Assembly (NCBI GenBank): GCA_000934665.2
Contig: JYFJ02001930.1
Span: 46,532 to 66,531 of the forward strand
DNA: 20,000 bases
Origin: Catajapyx aquilonaris
Lineage: Eukaryota
Direction of reading: 5' to 3'
The notes below the pieces were generated by a model. That model ran no database searches. It had not been told where the DNA came from and worked only from the letters and a program-made list of their open reading frames with translations. Of this stretch, positions 10,590 to 20,000 are shown in pieces. Every line of letters starts with the position of its first letter. Position 1 is the stretch's first letter. The translations under genes and the position numbers were made by a program.

Positions 10590-10970
10590 GGCCGCATTCT
10601 TAAGGTCTGAGTCCTACAAGTTTGTAAACATTCAGAGACGCTATTGTTCCAGTGGAGGAAGTGGGTCGAGCGTTATCTTATTCCTGTATTATGCAAAAGG
10701 GATGACTAATGTCTATAAGCGTCGGAGTACCTCACGATCCTTTTAGTAAACAAATGTTTAGCTTTTTCTATAGATCGGGGCAAGATCGGAACGTCCTAAA
10801 AAATACAACCCCACGTGCAATATTTGGCCCAAAGTATCTAGCTGCTGCTACATTGTTCAATCGCTATAATTACGGTATGAAACAGATCAGTCAAGTAATG
10901 ACGTGACGCACGCAGAACAAAAGACGCGGCCTTTACTGCATTAACCGGTATTCAATATGGGATATATCTC
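10590..10970 (+). mobile_element. Degenerate L1/Tx1-like relic 15
   Basis: MFSFFY, TTPRAIFG, LFNRYNYGMKQI (ORF 10709), then *RTQNKRR. Confidence 0.5.
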
Positions 10971-11159
10971 AAAATTTTAATGATCAGAACCGCACACTAT
11001 TATTTTGTGAAGGGGATAAGTTTACAGCACATCTTGGTTATCCTCATATTTTTGGCCCCTAAATTACCGGATAAAAATGTCAGTTTTTTTCATCATTCAG
11101 CTAAGTGTACGCGTACTGTACATACGGTACAAGTGAAAACGAGGATACTGAATTAGCGA

Positions 11160-11950
11160 ATCATCCTTTCCCCATTTATCCTATGCTCGAATTGCATTTC
11201 GGCCCCGAAGGCACCCACTGCGCAGCATCACTATCCTTCTCTGTTGAGAGCCCCTGAAGCGGAAACCCCAGCCATCAAATTATTCTACCAAACGGACGAC
11301 GACCCTCATCGCAACACGATTCACGCAAAAAGGATTGTAAAATGGGATTTTAGTACAAAAAAAAGGCTGAGGGCTTTTTTTATATACACAAGCAAATCTG
11401 ATCGAATGTCATCCTTTCTTCAGGTGACAAAGCTATATACGTCGCCAGTTCCTTATATATTTTTGATGTGCTGATATCTTGATGTCAAAAACATGCAGTA
11501 GAATCATATTTTGGGCAAAAATCTGAACTGTTTTAGATCGAATGTAAACTCAGCATGAATCAGTTATTTTAAAACTTTCCTGGAACATTTGCACACCAAA
11601 CCAAAAAGTAACTTGTAAATAACAGTGAGTCAGAGTTCAACAACAGTGTTCTGCGCATTCACCTCTTGAGACACCACTTCAATACTCTGTAGATGTATTA
11701 TACAGTGCAATAACCTCAACCACAGATTCAGTTGTTTTTTTAATACAGGACTAAATGAATATTTTAAAAATGAAAATGAAGGTTACCCCAGTCTTAGAAA
11801 AAACTTGCATGTGAAGGTCCCTCTGCATTCTGCTGGAAAAAAAAATCTACAAAATTTGACTTTCACCTGCTTTCACTTTTACAGGCTCAATTAGCGAAAA
11901 TCTTGTTTGCGACGCAAGTGCTTCTAACGAGCTTCATACGCTGATTATTA
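11160..11950 (+). mobile_element. Probable degenerate L1/Tx1-like relic 16
   Basis: IKLFYQ, IVKWDF, DRMSSFLQVTKLYT (ORF 11244); terminal ENLVCDASASNEL. Confidence 0.5.
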
Positions 11951-11954
11951 GCAA

Positions 11955-12945
11955 TAACCTCCGAAAATGGGCTTGCGGACTAGAGTTAATTGTTCCATCA
12001 TTGTTGCATCAAATTAGATTCTATTTTAAGGCTTACAAAGGGCCCATCCATTTATTAATAATTTATAAATAAACGGCAACAGAATAATGTAGAAAGATGC
12101 AGTAGATATCGAAACACGTGGACAGTTGGACACCATTGCAGACCACACAATGGATATCATATATAATGGACTATGAATTTGTTTTCTCCTCGGATTCTAA
12201 AAATACTGTACTGTACTGTACATAGGCCTATATAACATTCGTAGATCACATGTTTCTGTGATGTTAATGCAATCTCCAAGCATTTCCTGTAGACATATTC
12301 AAAGGCAACACTATAGCAAGACACGGACTTACAACCTTTTCCATGACGTATGACCGGTGGAAAAACCAGGCAACATGACAAATCAGTGTGCATACACAGT
12401 AAGCAGATGAAAAGTGTATTCGCCATGATTTGAACCTGGGACATTCGATTACAAATATTTAAAAATATATATAAATCTAAATCTGTTGCTCTGCCACTGG
12501 GAGTGACTGATGGGAGCTACTATACTCGTAGGTCATTCCGATGATTGACGATGAGCAATCCACAAGTTTTGAATTTGTGCTAAAACTGTACTTTTCTCTC
12601 TTTCTCGCAGGAAGGTGTAACTTAACGTTAACTCATGACTGATGTGCTACATGTTACATGCCAGTCATAATCGATTTTACGTCCCATATATTGGGAACAA
12701 ATTGGGTGGAAATAACAGCTTCAGTAATAACTAAATATGTACCGGTATTTTAGTTTGCATTGAGCTATAGGCCTAGTGCTCGAATATGGATTTCTTACAA
12801 TAAAGACATTTCGGCAAAATGCTTTGAAATTATGGTGTCCTGGAGAAAATAACTGAAGCAACTTAATTACCTGTAATAAACAACTGTGCCCCTTGATACT
12901 GTTATTTTTCTGTCTAATTATCATGCACATAAACCCACCTAATTG
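11955..12945 (-). mobile_element. Degenerate L1/Tx1-like relic 17 (~1 kb)
   Basis: LGGFMCMIIRQK (GGLxxxxIxxK-like), NFKAFCRNVF, TDLSCCLVFPPV, RKCLEIALTSQKHVIYEC, FVSLKIES. Confidence 0.7.
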
Positions 12946-12999
12946 ATTATTATTACAGAGGGTTAACTGTAACTAATAATGAATTTCTACATAAACCCA

Positions 13000-14400
13000 A
13001 CTTCTAATATAGGGACCGCTAATTCTGCATCAGCTTTAAACTTTCATAAAATAAGCAATTCATCATAGTTATATGAAATGCAGTTGACTAGACGTAACAC
13101 TAGAAGGTATGAAGCGTCTTGTCACGTAACGCATTCTAGGAATCCAGGTAAATTAGCCTGAAGATAGCCTACCCCACGACTCCCGCTTTCTGGAAATGCC
13201 ATACGTATAGCTTTCTTTGCCTATCGTTGTATAGGCATACTACAGTATAGTAGCCACCAGTTGTGCATGATCTTGATTGTTAACACGGAGGAAAAACTCC
13301 CTTTGTCACCGCGCAAGTTCTCCGAACACTTTACAGGAAAGCCATTCCGGTTTAGTCACGCTTTCCAAGCCCACAATAGAGTGTATCTGCGTATGCAACC
13401 TTGACCGCTCACCTAATTTTCCTTTGACATTAGACCTAGGCCAGGTTAACAACACCAGCTGAAATAATTGCGACTTAGGTCTATCTTTAACCCCTCATTT
13501 TTCAGTCATTTACCCTGTGTGTGATTCTGTAAGCCAAAGTTCTTATTCAAACCAAGCCAACACAGCCACACCAAATGACACGCCCTACACCATCAAAATA
13601 AGACCATTAATCCTGCCAGCTGCAGGCCATCTCCTAAACGTAATCGTAATTTCCGACCCTGGGATTTTTCGCTGCTACGTCATCAGCAGTCATCACCGAG
13701 TAAACAATATTGATAGCATAGGGGCGCCTATCACCATTTAAGGTGAGCTGGGAAGGTGCGAATGGCACTGCTGGGAATAATCCTGCACGTAGTTCTTATA
13801 TACGAACTGTTCTAGTTGTTCTGAATGCACGGACATGACCCTTACAACTAGTGTTGTATATTATGTAAGATGCAAAGCAAGTACAAGGAAAACTCCAGAG
13901 GTAGACCAGCCAGTTTTTTTTTTTCAATTGTAAAATTCTTCTACGCATCTGTCTTGGGTTTACTTTTATATACTGTTATACCGCCTATGTTCATTTCCTT
14001 TGTCACGGGTGGTTACAGTTCATACCAACATCAATTTTTTGGCAGGATTATTGTAAAATCACAAGAAGTTGTTGTAAAGTTTTGCAAAATCCGTCATTAA
14101 TTTTTACACGGCTTAGGTGCATGATTATTTCAGTAGGCTTTGTTGTAACGTACTAAAGATCCAGTATAACATAATTACACAGTGGAAAATGGAATATCCC
14201 TAAGTCAAGTCTCCCACAAGAAAATTACAACTCAACCTTCGTCAGCAGTAATATATATTTTACGATGCATATTTTTGTCTCCTAAGTCGAAGTTTGTGCC
14301 AGATTACAAAATACAGGTTTTACCACGTCTACGGGTTAAATGCAGACCAAACTCTCGGATTGAATAGCGAAGGGGATCCAATATAATTTTTTTGATCCCT
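13000..14400 (-). mobile_element. Degenerate L1/Tx1-like relic 18 (longest, ~1.4 kb)
   Basis: GIKKIILD (KILG-like), KEMNIGGITVYKSKPKTDA, NIVYSVM, VIWCGCVGLV*IRTLAYRITH, AKKAI/VWHFQK. Confidence 0.72.
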
Positions 14401-14470
14401 ATAGTCACATTAAAATGATTTCTTCAATGCTCATCTTCGTCGAGTGTTTCCATAGACTCCCCCCCCCCCC

Positions 14471-14700
14471 TCAGGCTGACATTGCGGGAGCCATCCACTT
14501 TTTGTTTATTTATCATTAAAGAGTGTGAAAATTATGTGAATGTCCTTGTACAGTTTTGTACTGTAATGTTTTTCAAACCTAACTCGAACCTCCCTAAGTT
14601 TTTTCCCCGAAGTTATAAAGTTCTATTATAGCCAACCCCCAAATTCTTAGCAACACCACATCCGCTCAAACTCCCAGTTTCAGACAATCTAGGTTACAAT
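14471..14700 (-). mobile_element. Possible extreme 3' piece of an L1/Tx1-like relic (may continue relic 20)
   Basis: GVAKNLGVGYNR, or LRIWGL in the next frame, resembles AKxxIWxxRN. Followed on - by a G12 run (14459-14470). Confidence 0.35.
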
Positions 14701-14709
14701 ATTACTGAA

Positions 14710-15530
14710 ATTGCTCACCTCCACACACACGCACGCATTTCTGATACTGACCCCTTCACGCACAATACGCAATCCCAACAAGGTCGTCCAGACACGCACA
14801 CACTTCCGGGACCTCCACACCCCCCAAATAACGGGTAAGTTATATCGTATAGCCTACCACACATGGGATCCCCTAAGTCTACCACAGCTATGAAACACAT
14901 CCTCCCCGGTCAACAACTACAGATAGTCAAATGACTATGGTCTTCGTTACTTACAAATGCCATTGGAACACCAGACACTTCAGCACTAAGGGAGAAACTG
15001 GCAGAAGCTCTGGCGCCATCCTCTCTATATGGCAGCACACACTCCACTGACGCTGCAACCCACGCCGTGTTCACGTGTACGTACTAGGCTACTCGGGATC
15101 AAGGTCCTCCCACACTACTTCTTCCCCCTACCAGTTGGGACTCATATAGGATACCACAATGTGCGTGCGCTCTGGTCTTTTTTTTTCCGGAAAGAACAAG
15201 GCTGGCAATGTGGTTGACCAGAACAACCTGAGGAATGGGTCCAGTCTGTGGGAGACACGTGCGCATCTGGTAGTCCAAGAGGAATCGGGTGTTGAACCAG
15301 GAAGGGTTCTGATACTATTATTTATATTCATACCGATCGGTCAGGGAATCTAAGGAATATGGATGTGTTTGATGGCCTGCAGATACAAGGGAATCGCGCA
15401 TAAAATGTCCAAAGGAAATTGAGATTGAACTGTCACCGAGGGTTGCGGCGATGCAATAAGGCTGTTTTGTTTGAATAGTCTAAGTGAAAACTCTGTGTGT
15501 TGTCCAGTAGAAACTAGAGAAAAGCAGCTA
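14710..15530 (+). mobile_element. Degenerate L1/Tx1-like relic 19
   Basis: FRDLHTPQITGKLYRI, LWSSLLTN, REKLAEAL, PCSRV..VLPHYFF..VRALWSFF, IWMCLMACRYKG, SVCCPVE. Confidence 0.75.
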
Positions 15531-15770
15531 ATGAATATAACCAGGCCTGCCTACACCATGTGAAACCAGCTGGGCACCATTGGTCAGCGAGCTCTTTTAT
15601 ATTGCAACAAGAGCCTTCTGGGATGTCACTGTTGTTGGCTATACAGCGACTTTCCTGTTTTCTTTTTAGATGAGAGTGGACGACCATGGGGTCAACCAGG
15701 AAGTTAGCCCACATTCTGATGTGATGAACTACATTGAACGTTTCAAGTCCTTACTTATTTGGTAATCTAT
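15510..15770 (-). mobile_element. Degenerate L1/Tx1-like relic 20 (3'-truncated)
   Basis: ORF 15514: WANFLVDPMVVHSHLKRK, GSCCNIKELADQ, CRQAWLY. Confidence 0.5.
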
Positions 15771-15779
15771 AAGGCCTAT

Positions 15780-16240
15780 GGCACAATGTAAGCAGGTGTG
15801 GCGCATGGGTCGTATTTTTGACACGCAACTGAAAGTTGCGTGTCACGTGACTTACATACACAATATGATTGTGTACCGTAGTTGTAAAGTTGCACGTAGT
15901 CTATACAGACGTGAAAGAAGAGCTGCCTATAGGTTGACACCTTGTACCAGTTTAATTGAAACGGGACTTGCAATGCCTATCCACCACTTACGTACAGCCT
16001 GCAGGAGTATACTGTAGCGGTACTTTAAATATTATGTGTAAATGATCAAAAAAATGCAATTATTCTCGGAGATAGGGGCCACCAATAAAGTGTGTTACAT
16101 TGTGCAAGAGTTACGGGACATTGACGTCGGCCGAGCAGTATGTCATGCTAAAACAAATGCATATTCAAATATAGGACAACTTCATTTTTGGTGAATAGAC
16201 ATTTGGGGATGGGGTGGCACATGATTCAAGAAATTGTACC
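15780..16240 (+). mobile_element. Degenerate L1/Tx1-like relic 21
   Basis: ORF 15778: KQVWRMGRIFDTQLKVACHVTYIHNMI, TPCTSLIETGLAMPIHHLRTACRSI. Confidence 0.65.
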
Positions 16241-16269
16241 TACCTTAGGCCTGCAACTTGCAAATATTC

Positions 16270-16790
16270 TGCTACCGCATCGTTGTTAAGTGGGTGGGCC
16301 GAATTACCTAGGTAGTGTCGTATCTAATGTCACGTGCGTGATATGCTGATTCCATGATAAGACAAAGGTTCATTGTTCATCAGAATTTTAGACATTACTT
16401 TCACATACTGTACCGCCACTTGTTCTGTGGCATTATAATTAACAAAAGTGGGAGAATAACAAATCACAGAAAAGTTGATGTTTCGCTCTACATAAGAAGG
16501 TACAAATGAGTTGACTCAATTACGCTTCGGGACTTCTGCTTAGCTATGCAAATTATGAAGTAGCAGGTAGTGTACATTGATGTCACACATGGTTTAGGTG
16601 TTTCATAGTGATTCAGATATCAAAATGAGCTCCTGGGTACTATAGTTGTTAATTGGTCTCCGAAGCACAGCGGTTACTGAAATATTTAGCGTTAATGAAT
16701 CTCCATTAAGTATTGGATATAGACTATACACCTTAACACTTCCATACACCTAATAAAATTTCATGGGACACCCACTGATATTGTAAATCA
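16270..16790 (-). mobile_element. Degenerate L1/Tx1-like relic 22
   Basis: VWKC*GV*SISNT*WRFINAKYFSN, VPRS (CPRC-like), YET/LNHV*HQC. Confidence 0.6.
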
Positions 16791-16799
16791 AAAAGGGTA

Positions 16800-17270
16800 A
16801 TGTATAGCGTGGACCAACGAAAATATGCCACATGTTTGAAGACAATAATTATTATATGGGCACCAATGCTACGGAGACCAAAAGAAACGTCAACAGAAAG
16901 CGATCCTCTTATCTATAGTATAGTGCACCACAGAAGTTTGTTCGAATTCAACTCATATACTGTATATAGTGTAGCCTATAAGCAATGCTATTACACTGAG
17001 GGATTCCTCCTTTCATAATTTGGAGGTCTCTTGCAGGAGGAAGCAGCACATGTACGAGTGAGAATATTAAATTCCGTGCTCAAGAGAGAAAATCCCAAGC
17101 TTGTAAATATTTCCCTCCAAAGTATGTACCTTCTTGGAGCTCGAAGTATTTGTTTATGGCCCTGTCAAGTAAAAGCAGGCATGGATCCTTGAGATGTCTT
17201 CAGTCGCGACTACCGTCGTGGAAAACGCCGCAGATATAAATAATATATTATTTTCTCTTCTTCATCGCTA
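16800..17270 (+). mobile_element. Degenerate L1/Tx1-like relic 23
   Basis: ORF 16800: IIWAPML, DPLIYSIVHH, CYYTEG; then SMYLLG. Confidence 0.55.
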
Positions 17271-17329
17271 TTTATTTTTAGTCGATTTAGATAAGCGATA
17301 TTATTATTATTTTGTTCAGGTACTGCTAA

Positions 17330-17800
17330 CGTAACGACAAAATGCATATGCCGAACTATGTAAGTAAGAGTACGCATGTGTACAAAATGCCGAAATTTGA
17401 CCTCGATATGAGCCTGTGCGCAATTGATTTTCTGATGCCGTACACCGACCCCACAAAGTATACTTATTATTTCATGACCCAAGTCGTTTCGAAGTTTCTG
17501 TTTGCCCACATATGGGAATTCAGCAAAAAAAAAAACATGCCCTTAGCAAAGTTGAGAAGCAAATGACTTAAAAATGAGCGTTGCTATAACCTTGAGCCAA
17601 TAGCCGCGTTTCTGCTTCGTACGCCTCCAGCTAGGAGACCGACTTACGTAACGTTGTTTGGGCGGTTTTTGACCTATCTTCATGCTAGTTGAATTAACCT
17701 CTAAATAATGTACAAATTCCGTGATTGTGCAGTGGCCTCAAAGTAGGTCATTTAAAAAAAAGGTGTAATTAGAAAAGTACCGTACCGCACAGCTATAGGT
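17330..17800 (+). mobile_element. Degenerate L1/Tx1-like relic 24
   Basis: ORF 17342: FDLDMSLCAIDFLMPYTDPTKYTYYFMTQVV; then VTLFG and ASK*VI*KK. Confidence 0.55.
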
Positions 17801-17829
17801 CCTCCAAAACCAGTATGTCACACGATTCT

Positions 17830-18570
17830 GCATCGCGACCTTGTCTTTCCATCATACGTATTCGCCAAACACCCAGCCTATTTCATGACGCGTAAATCCA
17901 ATTCGTCCATTGTATGTAGTGTCGATGTGAAGGCATAACGCTTACGAGTCGGAGTCAGAAGAACAATGGCCAATAAATAAACGGGCACGCAGTCCCATCC
18001 AAACCCTCGATTCAGGTACTATTCATGCAGCATTCCGAACGTATTCTCTGCAGGCTGAAAATGTCAAAGGTCGTTATCCATTTTGGGTCCTGACTAGAGA
18101 GTGAAACAAGTATCACCCGAGCAGAAATGGATTTTCACTCAGGCGCACTTTACAGGCGGATATGCCTATTGTTATTGGCAGGCACTCCCTGATATTAATA
18201 ACCATTGTTGATGCTTGCAGAGTGCAAAGTGGCGCTGTGGTTTTGGCTTTGAACGCAACCCATCTGGCTGTTGGGGCTAACGATCTCCTTGTTTGCCATA
18301 TTACCTGCAAAATGTAACGTGTCATTTGTGTTGATCGCTGGTATGAAGCATTTGTTTTTAGGTGTACTGTACGGCTGGGGCATGGATTGTATTAATTTTG
18401 CAGGGCCTGAATTATGTGTCACCTGAGAGGCAGTGGGTGTCATGATGAAGGACATATTGCGAATGGTAAAGGACAGCTGCAGTGTAACCAATGAATTTCG
18501 ACCCATATGTGTAGGTCCTAACCAACCTAACCAATCAATTTCTCGTCTCATGTCTGTTATCATATAATAT
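17830..18570 (-). mobile_element. Degenerate L1/Tx1-like relic 25
   Basis: ORF 18195: EIDWLGWLGP, LQLSFTIRN, NKCFIPAINTNDTLHFAG; LQVIWQTRR in an overlapping frame. Confidence 0.6.
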
Positions 18571-18619
18571 TTTGTAAGAGAAGTCCTACAAGTAGGCCTA
18601 CAGTATAACTATAGTAAAA

Positions 18620-19330
18620 TGCCAGGAGGTGCATGTAGCAGGAGGTGGCTTTTGAAAATAAACGGTGAAAATATGCAAATGAGCTTAAAACACGTGGAGA
18701 AGGGCTTTGAAATCGGTGTTTTAAATTTTAAAATGGGGGAGGATGATTATAACATCAGTGTGAAACAAAGGCATGACAATGTCACTGGACATCATACTTT
18801 GTTCATTATCATATTATGTGATGACTAATGAAATAGCCTCATTCATAAATCATTGGCACCTAAAGACTACTTAGAACTCCACTTTAGTAATTGTTCTCTC
18901 CCTTTTTGCTTATTAGTATGATGGCTCATACTACAATGCCACGGTACTGTACAGTGCCTTTTCTTTGCATTTTTAATAGACTGTAACTAAGTGGCGTGTT
19001 GCATAGGTATGCAACCAGATAGCATAGGATGAAAGGCGATCTAACGTCTTAGGGCCGGTTTCACCGAGCTTGGTATATGATAAAACCAGGTTTCTTTAGG
19101 AAAATCCATACAAATAGATAGGGATTTTGAGAAAGAACCCTGGTTTTATCATATACTGAGCTCGGTGAAACCGGCCCTAAGTCGCTTTTTATTGTGCTCC
19201 GTCCGTTAAAATACTTGCGGTTTAATCTCCGTAACTGCATGCCACTTAATGCAAAATTAAATCCTGGAAATCACTGCAGGGACATATTACCTCTAGCGAT
19301 ATTGTCGACAAATCTATACAATACGGTACC
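18620..19330 (+). mobile_element. Degenerate L1/Tx1-like relic 26, interrupted by a MITE
   Basis: VLNFKM and LCDD**NSLIH before the MITE; LKYLRFNLRNC after it. Confidence 0.55.
19052..19177. mobile_element. 126-bp MITE with long TIRs beginning GGGCCGGTTTCAC
   Basis: 39-bp arms (19052-19090 / 19139-19177) pair at 37 of 39 positions, with weaker pairing further in. Flanked by TA on both sides (TTA..TAA). Termini resemble PIF/Harbinger-Tourist MITEs, but the superfamily is not certain. Confidence 0.9.
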
Positions 19331-19354
19331 ACACTACAATACATTAGGCCTATA

Positions 19355-19850
19355 ACTACAATATTAATTGAGCACGTGTTTATGGTCCGATAATAATATT
19401 CAGTCATTGTGACTATTAGGCTACTAAAAGACTAACCCAGGATACGAAATGACAACTTTAAAATCTGAGTGTAATTTTCTAGCGGTTTTCTCTTTTTTTC
19501 TTCTTAATATGTTTCCACGAAATGTTATAAAAATTGTCATAGTCTTCATCTGACATGTTTGTAAGAAGGTTTTTTATGGCAAAATAAACACTAATTTTTG
19601 AACTGTTAGGAAACTTTTGAAGGTCGTTCGAATGAATTTTGCAAGAAAATTACAAATTATAATACCAGTCTGACCAAAGCATTTAGAAACAACTGATCTG
19701 GTATTGCAGTAGTATTTATACGTAGTGAATATGGTACGCCTTCATATCTGACTAACACTGGAATAAACAACACATGTGATCTGTAGCAAGTGGGTACATC
19801 ATCAAAGTAAATAATGTGAACATGTGCAATATACGCAGGCTCCACTGACC
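19355..19850 (-). mobile_element. Degenerate L1/Tx1-like relic 27
   Basis: ORF 19657: HIIYFDDVPT, IPDQLFLNALVRLVL*FV. Confidence 0.6.
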
Positions 19851-19859
19851 GCTATATTT

Positions 19860-20000
19860 CAAGAGACTCGCTTTGCGAGGCGGGGGGGCTCCGCCCCCCC
19901 ACGCCCCCCCTTGGGGCTGCGCCCCAATTGGCGCGCCTTCGGCGCTACGCGTTCCCGCCCGGGCCTACCCACTTACCCAGCACCGCTAGAGAGCTGGAAA
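19860..20000. repeat. GC-rich multi-hairpin interspersed element, cut by the window end
   Basis: Abrupt rise in GC and CpG. Four short perfect stems with 3-nt loops at 19867-19879, 19882-19900, 19911-19927 and 19933-19945. Confidence 0.7.

Noticed and set aside
12591..12615. Polypyrimidine tract plus CAG as a splice acceptor
   Set aside because: No credible exon or donor follows. It is the complement of a purine-rich stretch in relic 17. A host intron spanning the window cannot be excluded.
861..19845. ORF-track ORFs as real protein-coding genes
   Set aside because: All are 130 aa or shorter, many start at TTG/GTG, and they overlap in several frames. Most are explained as fragments or antisense shadows of broken LINE relics.

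Overview
Eukaryotic (animal) genomic DNA, roughly 40% GC by eye, with no intact protein-coding gene, RNA gene or CRISPR array. The TAGGCCTA/TACAGTA enrichment suggests a marine invertebrate such as an echinoderm (inference only). Hand translation across stops and frameshifts indicates that almost the whole window is tiled by about 27 short (0.3-1.4 kb), heavily decayed relics of the same part of a non-LTR retrotransposon: the post-RT C-terminus of L1/Tx1-type ORF2. Approximate motif order from knowledge of the family: GGLxxxxIxxK, WxxxxxYxxG, LPxFY, TKxxY, WxxxW, DLxWxxxHxxLxT, CxxC..ETxxHxFxxC..W (zf-RVT), FG, AKxxIWxxRN, LxxRxxxD. The relics lie on both strands (15 +, 12 -), mostly abut one another, and show no nucleotide similarity to each other that I could see. 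None reaches the RT core or endonuclease. Most ORF-track entries are pieces, or antisense shadows, of these relics. Also present: a triple-nested inverted-repeat element (2698-3141), a young 126-bp MITE (19052-19177), a 49-bp palindrome, a 47-bp tandem duplication, and a GC-rich multi-hairpin element at the right edge. Relic boundaries are approximate (about +/-50-100 bp). Assignments rest on motif order recognised by eye, not on database searches.
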